A stretch of DNA of 32,000 nucleotides. It comes from Promethearchaeota archaeon (GTDB lineage: Archaea > Asgardarchaeota > Odinarchaeia > Odinarchaeales > JBHLKK01). The stretch is from positions 1-32,000 of the forward strand of contig JBHLPL010000001.1 in assembly GCA_048939465.1 (NCBI GenBank), given 5' to 3'. The notes under the pieces are model-generated. The model did no database searches. It was given only the letters and a program-made list of their open reading frames with translations, and was not told the origin of the DNA. Both the position numbers and the translations under genes were made by a program. Positions 18,764-27,303 of this stretch are shown in pieces (positions within the stretch are counted from its first letter, which is position 1; each line of letters starts with the position of its first letter).

Positions 18764-18986
18764 ATCTTGTCCCCTCGTTTCTAATGAGAAATCGTCCCCA
18801 CCTTGACTGTTCTATTTCAGAAGACTGATTTTGTTATTCTCCTTTCTGTGCTTTTTGGATTTAACTCTATTGGCTAGAAACCCCCCTCCTATATTATTGA
18901 GACACAAAAAGACTACATAGAAGCAGAACTCCTATGCAAGCAGATTTTGAGTTCACACAATCTATTGCCGGTCTACTGTCACGTTG

Positions 18987-19136
18987 TCATATTGGAAATT
19001 CGTATCCGCACTTTGGACATTTGCAGTATTTGCAACTCCCCATAGCAATATTAGGGCATGCGCCACAGGCTAAAGCCCTTGAATAGGAGATTGAGAACCT
19101 AAAATTGCATTTGGGGCATATCAGAATCCGGACCAT
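18987..19136 (-). CDS. 49-aa cysteine-rich microprotein (four CxxC pairs), missed by the ORF track
   Basis: Hand translation gives MVRILICPKCNFRFSISYSRALACGACPNIAMGSCKYCKCPKCGYEFPI*. A purine-rich GAAGGG precedes the ATG. Confidence 0.8.
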   Translation of the reverse strand: MVRILICPKCNFRFSISYSRALACGACPNIAMGSCKYCKCPKCGYEFPI

Positions 19137-19226
19137 CCCTTCTCCTCACGCTCGGCCTCTAATAAGATGTTGTATGATAAGCTTTTTAATGTTTTTCTCT
19201 CAAATTCCTTTATCTGGGGTAATTCC

Positions 19227-19766
19227 ATGAGTAAGAGAAACAAGAAAGCAACGAAGCAGATTGCTCTGGGCGCGATGTTAATCGCCACAGGAATAGCTTT
19301 GGCTACTCTTATATGGTTTCCCTTCTTAGGGGCGAAAGCTTTTCCGGTACAGCACATGATTAATGCAATCGGAGGTGTCTTCCTAGGCCCCATCTGGGCA
19401 GCGTTCATTGCGACTGCTATAGGATCGATAAGGAATATATTGGGTACGGGAACAATCTATGCCTTTCCAGGTGGTATACCCGGCGGGATGATTGTGGGTC
19501 TATTCTATCTGCTGATTGTTAAAGCAGCAAGAAAGAAACATGGGAACCTGGCAGCACTAACGGAGCCTATCGGGACAGTTTTCATCGGAGCTACTCTATC
19601 GGTTTACGTTTTTGCTCCTTTGTTCGGGGATCTTCAATCAGTTGGGGCTTTAATTCCATTCTGGATCTCTTTCGCGACCAGTAGCATTCCTGGATCTATT
19701 ATAGGATTCATTGTTCTTCAGGTGCTGGAAGTTGGGGGAATCGATGGAGAGTATTTCCGTCAGTGA
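19227..19766 (+). CDS. thiW: ECF transporter S component, ThiW family
   Basis: KAFPVQHMINAIGGVFLGP...IRNILGTGTIYAFPGGIPG...EPIGTVFIGA. ATG at 19227 is the likely start. Confidence 0.92.
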   Translation: MSKRNKKATKQIALGAMLIATGIALATLIWFPFLGAKAFPVQHMINAIGGVFLGPIWAAFIATAIGSIRNILGTGTIYAFPGGIPGGMIVGLFYLLIVKAARKKHGNLAALTEPIGTVFIGATLSVYVFAPLFGDLQSVGALIPFWISFATSSIPGSIIGFIVLQVLEVGGIDGEYFRQ

Positions 19767-20307
19767 GTTCTTGGGCAAGAGTACTCTAATCATTGGAGAT
19801 GTGGGCGTAGGCAAGACTAAGTTGACAGCACTAGTAGTTGAAGAGCTATTAAAGAAAGGGTATGGAAATGATATCACGATAATCGATTTGGCTCCTATGC
19901 CTGTTACTTACCGAGGCATGCAAGTAGGCGGTCGAGTCTCCAATTATGTCGGTATTGATCCAGTGAGATATCTGACTTCTGAATCTATCACAGCACCCAG
20001 ACTGACTGCAAAAAGCAGGGATGAATTGGTTGACATCATAGAGAGAAACAGGCAATTAGCTGAGTCATGCCTTGAGAAATACTTGGTCTCCCCCACAAAG
20101 ATACTAACCATTAATGATTTGACCATATATCTGCACGCCGGTAGACTGGATATTGTTACAGGATGCATTTCTAAATCTGAGACTTTCATCGGAAACGCAT
20201 ACTACGGGGATTCCCTGAAGAATGATCTGGGGACAGGAATCTCCACAAGAGAAAAGCAATCGATAGACAGGTTTTGTAAAATAGTGGATAGAGTAATCAG
20301 CCTTTAA
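19744..20307 (+). CDS. Uncharacterised P-loop NTPase
   Basis: STLIIGDVGVGKTKLT Walker A and ILTINDLTIY Walker B-like. The start overlaps the thiW 3' end. Confidence 0.8.
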   Translation: MESISVSEFLGKSTLIIGDVGVGKTKLTALVVEELLKKGYGNDITIIDLAPMPVTYRGMQVGGRVSNYVGIDPVRYLTSESITAPRLTAKSRDELVDIIERNRQLAESCLEKYLVSPTKILTINDLTIYLHAGRLDIVTGCISKSETFIGNAYYGDSLKNDLGTGISTREKQSIDRFCKIVDRVISL

Positions 20308-20420
20308 CAAAAGAATAGGGAATTTTTCCAACCTAGATTGCTCAATTTGAATGTTTTTCCATCAAGAAATAGAAGTAAATCATATATACTTTCCTTCAAT
20401 AGAAATCACCGGGGTAGCCG

Positions 20421-20996
20421 ATGTCGCACTATTCAGAAGATATAAAAAGAGCCGTCTTTAAGTCCTGTCTAAGCTGCGTTCAGACCACGCTTAAGGATGG
20501 AACGAGGATAAACGTAAGACCCTTGAAACCTAGTGATAAGCGTTATCTTATAGAGATGTACAGCACGATATCACCTTATACGCAAAATCTCCGTTTTGGT
20601 TGCGTTAAATCGATTGATGGTTGGAGGGCAGTAAACATAGGGAGATCTGTTATTTACATTGATGGAACAGACGTGGACTATGATACGAGCATGTCTCTCG
20701 TAGCTGTTAAGGAAATTCATAATGGGATCAAGATAGTAGGAGACGCTCGCTATGTTCTGAATAAAGAAAAGAATGAAGCTGAGTGTACTCTCTTGGTACA
20801 TGACGACTATCATAACTTGGGCTTAGGAACTCAACTTATGGGATGTCTCATAGATGTGGCTAGAAAAAGAAACATAAGCAAAATCTATGCATGCATTGCA
20901 GCTAAAAACAAGAAGATGCTGCATGTAGCTCGAAAAACAGGTTTTGAAGTCATTCACAAAGACTCTGATGAATATATTATGAAGATTGACCTCTAG
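20421..20996 (+). CDS. GNAT acetyltransferase resembling the stand-alone GNAT domain of Pat/PatZ lysine acetyltransferases
   Basis: TLKDGTRINVRPLKPSD...LRF...IVGDARYV...AECTLLVHDDYHNLGLGTQLM...NKKMLHVARKTGF. Confidence 0.88.
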   Translation: MSHYSEDIKRAVFKSCLSCVQTTLKDGTRINVRPLKPSDKRYLIEMYSTISPYTQNLRFGCVKSIDGWRAVNIGRSVIYIDGTDVDYDTSMSLVAVKEIHNGIKIVGDARYVLNKEKNEAECTLLVHDDYHNLGLGTQLMGCLIDVARKRNISKIYACIAAKNKKMLHVARKTGFEVIHKDSDEYIMKIDL

Positions 20997-21009
20997 AGAA
21001 CCTTAGGAT

Positions 21010-22461
21010 TTATGTTATCTGTGTGGTAGGTTTCCCTGAAAATGATCCTACGAGCTGATCGTAGAGCCTTCTTCCGACTCTGATATTAGTACTTACCAGC
21101 TTCATACGATAACCGCTTCTAATTGTTCTAATGAGTTCTCGAGCTGCCCAGCCTGGCCTTTTAATGAACCTCTGATAACCTTCGGCTATTATTTCGGCTA
21201 TTCTTTTTTCGGGGACGCAATTCGGATGCACCTCGGGCACATCCACGGCATCTTCCCAACCAGTCTCTTGGTTGATGTAGCCGGATTTAACCAACTCTTC
21301 GTGGATCTTTGCCCCTGGAATTGCCGACAGGATATTAAACTGAGGAAAATCGAGGTCAAGTTTCATTGCGAAGTTTATCGTATTATAAATCTCCGAGACT
21401 GTTTCCGTTGGCGCACCAACAATGAAGGTTCCAGTTATGATATCTGTACCTGCCTTTCTGGCATTGTTTACGGCAGCTACGGCCTGATTCACCTTCGTCC
21501 CTTTGTTATAGTAATCCAAAACTCTCTGATTGGCACTCTCGATACCAATATATAAGATCTTAAAACCAGCCGAAACCATCGATTGAAACATCTCTCTCGA
21601 GGCGGAATCTACTCTTCCTTCGGCGATCCAATTGAACTCAAGGTTCCTTTTTCTAATGAGATTGCAGATCTTAATTACTCTCTTCTTGTTTATTGTAAAA
21701 TTGTCGTCAATAAAGAGCACATTCTCGTACCCCTCAGAAATAACCTGCTCTATCTCATCGACAACATTCTCCACGCCTCTAGGTCTCCATCTTCTATGTG
21801 CAAATGCTGCGCAACAACAGTAAGTACAGGCAAAGGGACAACCCCTGGATGAGAGAATGGAGGTAAATTTCGGCATCTTAGCGCCTGATATGTAACCATA
21901 GTCATTTCCTTTAACAAATTTCCGGCGCGGAATGGGCAAATCATCTAGATCCAGAATCATCTCTTCTTTCTTTCCATATTTTACTCTCTTATTTTCTCTG
22001 TAAACAAGACCCCCAACACTCTTCAAGTTCCCACCGCTTTCCATTGCTTGAGCCAGGCTGAGCATCGAATACTCCCCCTCACCTTTAATGATGTAATCCA
22101 CTTGCGGATATTTCTGTAGTATCCTTTCAGCATTCATGGTAGCGTAGTAGCCACCAAAAACGATGGGAAGATTTGGATTCCACTTCTTGAGGTAGTGCGC
22201 TTGCTTTGCAGCCCTAATACCTGTAGAGACCAATGTAGAGAATCCTACGATGTCTGGATCTATTCTCTTTATCTTCTTGATAAGAGCTTCATCTGAAATC
22301 TTCTCTCCAGGTTGATCCACTACATTAACGCCTATGCCATTGTTCTCGAGTACAGTTGCCATATACAGGATTCCCATCGGTTGACTTCCGGCTCTTGAGT
22401 CGTAGGCTTTTTCGAACGACAAGAGTAGAGGATTCACAAATGTGACCTTCATTTTGATCAT
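21010..22461 (-). CDS. Cobalamin-binding radical SAM protein (class B methyltransferase-like)
   Basis: N-terminal B12-binding domain (PMGILYMA...DIVGFS...IVFGGYYAT), SRGCPFACTYC as CxxxCxxC, and IGIESANQRVL. Confidence 0.93.
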   Translation of the reverse strand: MIKMKVTFVNPLLLSFEKAYDSRAGSQPMGILYMATVLENNGIGVNVVDQPGEKISDEALIKKIKRIDPDIVGFSTLVSTGIRAAKQAHYLKKWNPNLPIVFGGYYATMNAERILQKYPQVDYIIKGEGEYSMLSLAQAMESGGNLKSVGGLVYRENKRVKYGKKEEMILDLDDLPIPRRKFVKGNDYGYISGAKMPKFTSILSSRGCPFACTYCCCAAFAHRRWRPRGVENVVDEIEQVISEGYENVLFIDDNFTINKKRVIKICNLIRKRNLEFNWIAEGRVDSASREMFQSMVSAGFKILYIGIESANQRVLDYYNKGTKVNQAVAAVNNARKAGTDIITGTFIVGAPTETVSEIYNTINFAMKLDLDFPQFNILSAIPGAKIHEELVKSGYINQETGWEDAVDVPEVHPNCVPEKRIAEIIAEGYQRFIKRPGWAARELIRTIRSGYRMKLVSTNIRVGRRLYDQLVGSFSGKPTTQIT

Positions 22462-22501
22462 CTTGGTGCATTTTACGATAGGAAATAGGCCTGAACGCCT
22501 T

Positions 22502-22769
22502 GTGGACTACTCCTCGCTTTCGCAAGGAGTCTCCTCACTCTCTCTGCATTAAGCGTCTGAGGACACTTTGGCCTCGCAGAGTGAAGGTTTCTGTGCTCCG
22601 AATTCAGGACTGCACAGGAAAGCTTTCGCCTTCGGGCTCGTTTGCTCCATACTACTCCGCAGCCACTCAGGAGCCCTATCAAGCAGGATACACCCACAAA
22701 GCATGCATCCCCCAGACCGGGTTTTGCACTCGTAACGTAGGGCAACCTTCCTCTTGCGAGCATCTTACC
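22502..22769 (-). ncRNA. Putative ~268-nt structured RNA (omega/reRNA-like scaffold) inside element B
   Basis: Internal TTTTAAATA TATA box at 22791-22799, GNRA-capped hairpins, and helices covarying with element A. Confidence 0.55.
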
Positions 22770-22852
22770 AAGACTTAGTTATCGAAAAGCTATTTAAAAG
22801 CAATGCAGTTCATATCCATCCTCTCAGATGGGGTCCTCTTGCCGAAAAAAAA
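22502..22852 (-). mobile_element. Element B: non-autonomous IS200/IS605-derived (PATE/MITE-like) element, 351 bp
   Basis: Minus strand: TTTAT target (22853-22857), left-end GGCAAGAGGACC-CCATCT-GAGA-GGATGG-ATATGAACTGC, and right-end GAGACTCCTTGC-GAAA-GCGAGGAGTAGTCCAC. Collinear with element A. Confidence 0.85.
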
Positions 22853-22925
22853 GATAAAGGGTTGAGCATTTGAAGTCTTCCGATGAAGAATGGTCCGATA
22901 TAATTAAGATAGATAAATCATATTA

Positions 22926-23633
22926 TTGTGTGTGGGAACAGATTTGAAAATAAATAGTGTGTTCGACGTTATTGGACCGGTTATGGTGGGTCCTTCTAGC
23001 TCTCACACGGCCGGTGCTGTTAGAATAGGCTTAGTTGTCCATCAATTGCTGGGGAAAATCCCTAAAGAAGTTACAATACTCCTTCATGGTTCTTTTGCTG
23101 ACACCTATCGAGGACATGGGACTGACCGAGCTATTGTAGCGGGGCTGCTTGGTTTCAACACAGATGACGAGCGAATAACAGATGCTTTGGATATAGCAAA
23201 AGAAAACGACATGAAAGTTGAACTCAAATTAGTAGACCTGGGCGATGAATATCACGCTAATACTGCTAAGATCGTGGCGAAAGGACTGGACATTCCCGAA
23301 ATCGAAGTAATCGGCAGCTCTATTGGCGGTGGGAACATATTAATAGTTGAGATTAACGGGTTTAAAACAGAGTTGACGGGAGATTACGATACGATAATAA
23401 CCTTACACCGAGATAAGTCAGGTGTTATCTCTCAGGTAACGAGCATTTTGAGCAAACATCATGTAAATGTAGCATTTATGCGGGTTTCTCGAAAAGCAAA
23501 AGGCAAAGAAGCTTCTATGGCAATCGAGGTAGATTATCAGGTTCCCTCAGGAGTTCTGGATGAGATTGCCTCTCTCAGAGAAGTTAGACTGGTACGACTA
23601 ATAAAGGCAATTTCGCCAGCTGGGGGGATTTAG
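22926..23633 (+). CDS. sdaAB: L-serine dehydratase, iron-sulfur-dependent, beta subunit with ACT domain
   Basis: SVFDVIGPVMVGPSSSHTAGA, SFADTYRGHGTDRAIVAGLLG, and a C-terminal ACT domain. Exact start uncertain. Confidence 0.95.
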   Translation: MCVGTDLKINSVFDVIGPVMVGPSSSHTAGAVRIGLVVHQLLGKIPKEVTILLHGSFADTYRGHGTDRAIVAGLLGFNTDDERITDALDIAKENDMKVELKLVDLGDEYHANTAKIVAKGLDIPEIEVIGSSIGGGNILIVEINGFKTELTGDYDTIITLHRDKSGVISQVTSILSKHHVNVAFMRVSRKAKGKEASMAIEVDYQVPSGVLDEIASLREVRLVRLIKAISPAGGI

Positions 23634-23669
23634 ATGTCAGGGATGACGAGGCAATCGCCGGACCGAGCA

Positions 23670-23678
23670 TATATAAAA
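23670..23678 (+). promoter_or_regulatory. TATA-like box upstream of sdaAA
   Basis: TATATAAAA about 22-30 nt before ATG 23700, with a GAGGTG RBS in between. Confidence 0.45.
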
Positions 23679-23699
23679 TGAGTAATTGAGGTGGATCTG

Positions 23700-24572
23700 A
23701 TGCCAGAATTCAAAACAATACAGGATTTGATTCAGCTAGCTGAGAACAAGAATACGTCGATGGGACAAATAGTCCTAGAATGGGAAGCTGAATCTGCAGA
23801 AAAACCCGTCGAGGAAATACGGACCAGAATGAGAAACTACTGGCAAGTAATGAAGCAGTCTATTGAACAAGGTCTCACTCAAAAAATAAGGTCTGTAACG
23901 GGTTTGACGGGCGGAGACGCAAAAAGAATGATGGACTCGAAGGCAAGGATTATTTGTGAAAACATGAAAGGGGCCATAGCTAGAGGTTTAGCTGTTGCAG
24001 AAGTCAATGCGGCAATGAAAAAGATCGTAGCTGCTCCTACAGCTGGCTCCAGTGGAATAATCCCGGCAACTCTTTCGGTGACAGCTGAAAAGCTAGGAGT
24101 ATCTGAAAAGCAAGTTATCCAAGCCTTATTCACCGCCTCTGGTGTGGGGGTAGTCATTGCAAATAATGCGACGATTTCTGGAGCTGAGGGAGGATGTCAA
24201 GCCGAATGCGGAGTAGCCTCGGCCATGGCCGCTGCCGCCGTCACAGAATTGGCTGGGGGAACTCCAAAGCAGGCTGGGCATGCAATCGCTATCGCTTTGA
24301 CGAATACGCTGGGTTTGGTTTGCGATCCTGTGGCAGGACTGGTAGAAATCCCGTGCATTATGCGAAATGTCATTGGTGTTGTTAACGCTCTGATTTCCGC
24401 TGAGATGGCGTTGGCAGGAATAAGGAGTGTCATTCCAGTAGACGAGGTCATTCTTGCTCTGGATGATGTAAGCAAACGTTTGCCGGAAGAACTGAAAGAA
24501 ACCGCTTGTGGCGGTCTTGCTATAACCCCCACCGGGCTAAGAATAAAAGAGGAATTTCTGGGGAAAGAATAG
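23700..24572 (+). CDS. sdaAA: L-serine dehydratase, iron-sulfur-dependent, alpha subunit
   Basis: IVAAPTAGSSGIIP, ISGAEGGCQAECG and LGLVCDPVAGLVEIPC contain the three Fe-S cysteines; ETACGGLA follows. Confidence 0.96.
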   Translation: MPEFKTIQDLIQLAENKNTSMGQIVLEWEAESAEKPVEEIRTRMRNYWQVMKQSIEQGLTQKIRSVTGLTGGDAKRMMDSKARIICENMKGAIARGLAVAEVNAAMKKIVAAPTAGSSGIIPATLSVTAEKLGVSEKQVIQALFTASGVGVVIANNATISGAEGGCQAECGVASAMAAAAVTELAGGTPKQAGHAIAIALTNTLGLVCDPVAGLVEIPCIMRNVIGVVNALISAEMALAGIRSVIPVDEVILALDDVSKRLPEELKETACGGLAITPTGLRIKEEFLGKE

Positions 24573-24584
24573 CTGTGTGGTCAT

Positions 24585-25460
24585 TCAAATAACCTTCTCA
24601 AAAACTAAAAGGTTGTACTCATCGGAAGGTTCAAAACCCATTTCTCTCAATTTGCTCGGTATGGGTTCAAAATTGCAAGCAAAAGCATGTATCTTCTCTA
24701 GCTTCCGTTTTAGGGCATAGTTAAGCAGAAACCCCATCATATCGCCAACTGATTCGGGGTCTCCACCAATATAGCATGTTTGTATGGCCTTTATGTTCCA
24801 CGCTTGCTCAATTCTATCGTCGAGAAGAATCACACCTTTAATCTTACCTTCCTTCTCTGAGATTATCACTCTCTTGTTTCTCGCGAACGTCTTTGTATCT
24901 TCTTCTTCCAATGAATACCAAACAAAGAGTATGGTGTAGAGCCCTGAAGACTTGTCGTAGACTGCTGAGTTCTTCAAGAACTCGTTTATTTTTTCGACAT
25001 CCTCCTTTTTACCCCATCGAGCATCCCCAACATCCTCGAAGTAGTATGGTTCGCACTCCAAATGCACGAATTCTGTAATAGGTCTGAATCCCAACTTTCG
25101 GGCAAAACCCTGGGCTATCTTGTTAATAGATATTATGCAGGACCGGCCTATCTTGGCTCCTACTTGTTTGGCGAAAGAAAAACATTCGCGGTTAAGCAAA
25201 GTGGCGATACCTTGTTCCCTGTATTGAGGATCCACCCTTAATCCTTGGAACCAAACTTCGCCGGGCTTAGTAAGCAAAACGTGACAAATCCCGACCGGCC
25301 TTTCGTTTATTAGTCCTACGAATAACCTTCCCCTATTATCCTGAATCCAAAGGTCCCATACTTCGGAAATGTAGTCCCCCCATTCCCATGTGTTCTGACA
25401 GAATTCTAAAACAGTCTCCTTGTCCGAGTTCTTTGCTTTGCGAATCTTGACTTCCCGCAT
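24585..25460 (-). CDS. GNAT acetyltransferase with a second degenerate GNAT-like domain
   Basis: WEWGDYI...EVWFQGLRVDPQYREQGIATLL...ARKLGF. Downstream of the peptidase on the same strand. Confidence 0.87.
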   Translation of the reverse strand: MREVKIRKAKNSDKETVLEFCQNTWEWGDYISEVWDLWIQDNRGRLFVGLINERPVGICHVLLTKPGEVWFQGLRVDPQYREQGIATLLNRECFSFAKQVGAKIGRSCIISINKIAQGFARKLGFRPITEFVHLECEPYYFEDVGDARWGKKEDVEKINEFLKNSAVYDKSSGLYTILFVWYSLEEEDTKTFARNKRVIISEKEGKIKGVILLDDRIEQAWNIKAIQTCYIGGDPESVGDMMGFLLNYALKRKLEKIHAFACNFEPIPSKLREMGFEPSDEYNLLVFEKVI

Positions 25461-25485
25461 TTTGATGCATACCTTATCAGATTTG

Positions 25486-27042
25486 CTAATAACTTAGCTC
25501 TGTGTGTCTTTGGAGATAGGGATGGGGATCCAAGCTAGACCAAGACAAGTCAATATCGCTACGCTGAGACATCAACTCCTCAAGTAATCTCCCTGCTTTC
25601 TTTGTTTTCCACCAATAGTCACCGTAGTCATGCTCTAGCAATTGTTCGAGTTCAGCAACTCTTACTGACGCAATAACATAGCTTGGACTATAAAGGTTAT
25701 AACTCGGCATAACATGATGTAATAGCCAATAGTCACCTGGCAGTCTGTGGAAGAACCTCGCAGTTAGTTCTTCATAACGCTCGGACGCTCCTTCTATGCT
25801 AAGATTATTCCGCCAATATTCAAGTTTCAAAATGCTGTTTGCTGCATAGAAGACCAGAAACCAAAGATTCATGAAATGCCTTCTATTAATAATATCATTG
25901 GCTACTTCTTCATTGAATTTGAATACTTCGTTTAGAACGAGAGGATTTTCGACGATGTGTTCAAAGAGAATAGAAAATGTCTCATCAACTCCGATTGGCG
26001 TGAAATACCGGTTCCATATTGGTTTATCCGAACGTGCAGATACACCATGTATTGCATGTCCCATTTCGTGAAAAACGCTGCTTGTATCTTCAAAAGGATC
26101 ACTTTGTCTAAAAAGAATACGAACATCATTTGGAATCTGAACGTAGAAGGTTACTGGACTTGGCGTTTTTCCTGGACGATCTGCATCGTCTACATTGACC
26201 CGAGATAGATCAAGACCCATTTCTTCAAAAACATCTTTAACAATTTCTATGGGATTTTTCAATTTGGCAAAACGTCTTTTGAGGGGATGATAGACCCTAC
26301 TCCTAAAAACATACATATCATCATAATAATCAAAGGGCTTTCCAAAGAGCTCCTCAGAGTATCTCTCAGCACCTTTCATGAATGGTGATTTAGCTCGATC
26401 ACCTAACATTTCAAGTAGTCTGTGAAGATCCTCGTATCGAACATCTTCCCACTCCAGATATTTCTCAAGCGCGGTGGTATTGTACTTTGCATACGTTTGT
26501 CTGGAGATTTCAAAGAATTCCTCTATTAATGATTTGATTAAGGAAGCTTTCTGGATAAATTCATCAAAAACCGCCTTTCTTTTACTGGGCTCGGCTTCAG
26601 AATTGAATTGACGCCAATTTCCCCAGTTGACATTTTCTCCTCTGAATCTTTCCTTGCTGGAGATAACTCTATTGCGTTCTTCGTGTAATTTGTGTGTAAC
26701 AGGAGTTTGCTCAGAGACAACAATGGACTCAACAAGTCCCTGCTTCAGCCTAAGATTTTCCGGTTGATGCCGTTGGAGGAACTCCCTTGATATTCGAATC
26801 ATATCCTTGGCTGCTTTTTCCATCCTGTCCTTATTTACGTCCAAACCAGCGTATTGATTGTACAACTCTTCGGCCTCTATGCTGTACAGCATTTCCCATT
26901 CTTTGTAGAATTTTGAAGGTTCCACGTTGATCCCCTCAATTGCCCTTCTGCTTTTTGAGAGATAATCCTTACGATTATTTATGTTTTTCTTCCACAAGGA
27001 GACTCCATCCGCGGGGGTGGACGTGAATCGAGTTGTGTTCAA
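25486..27042 (-). CDS. Zinc metallopeptidase, M3/oligopeptidase-like (gluzincin)
   Basis: VFHEMGHAIH HExxH motif with a downstream DETFSILFE third-ligand Glu. TTG start after GAGGGG. Confidence 0.85.
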   Translation of the reverse strand: MNTTRFTSTPADGVSLWKKNINNRKDYLSKSRRAIEGINVEPSKFYKEWEMLYSIEAEELYNQYAGLDVNKDRMEKAAKDMIRISREFLQRHQPENLRLKQGLVESIVVSEQTPVTHKLHEERNRVISSKERFRGENVNWGNWRQFNSEAEPSKRKAVFDEFIQKASLIKSLIEEFFEISRQTYAKYNTTALEKYLEWEDVRYEDLHRLLEMLGDRAKSPFMKGAERYSEELFGKPFDYYDDMYVFRSRVYHPLKRRFAKLKNPIEIVKDVFEEMGLDLSRVNVDDADRPGKTPSPVTFYVQIPNDVRILFRQSDPFEDTSSVFHEMGHAIHGVSARSDKPIWNRYFTPIGVDETFSILFEHIVENPLVLNEVFKFNEEVANDIINRRHFMNLWFLVFYAANSILKLEYWRNNLSIEGASERYEELTARFFHRLPGDYWLLHHVMPSYNLYSPSYVIASVRVAELEQLLEHDYGDYWWKTKKAGRLLEELMSQRSDIDLSWSSLDPHPYLQRHTELSY

Positions 27043-27062
27043 AACCCCTCTTGAGTGTTTAT

Positions 27063-27277
27063 GGCAAGGGTCTGTGACCCTGAAAGGAGAGTTGACATAG
27101 GTAACAGGCTCTTAGGCTATATGCTTAAAGAAGGGCTATCCCGCAGTCTGTGGCTGCTTGTGACGGGAATTTAACCGGCCCCAAACCTCCCCCAATGTTC
27201 GTTACTCTGAAAAGAGACTTGTTAGCGTTTCAAAGTCCGAGGGAGAAAACCCCTTGCGAAAGCTGGAGGTAGTTCAC
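27063..27277 (+). mobile_element. Element C: shorter, divergent relative of A/B (215 bp)
   Basis: Directly preceded by TTTAT (27058-27062) and ends GAAAACCCCTTGC-GAAA-GCTGGAGGTAGTTCAC. Internal patches resemble A (GGCTATATGCTT..AGGGCT..GTCTGTGGC) and D (AACAGGCTCTT). Confidence 0.65.
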
Positions 27278-27303
27278 TCAGAGAAGAAGGATTTGTAAAA
27301 CTT

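Noticed and set aside
18925-18956. GAACTC...GAGTTCAC resembling a fifth right end; also a 10-nt match (TATGCAAGCA) to the putative guide of element A
   Set aside because: Only the outer 6 bp pair, the core motif is missing, and no TTTAT precedes the guide match, so both are within chance expectation.
19137-19226. TPP riboswitch upstream of thiW
   Set aside because: The region is short and AT-rich, without the CUGAGA or ACCUG...GGGAA core motifs.
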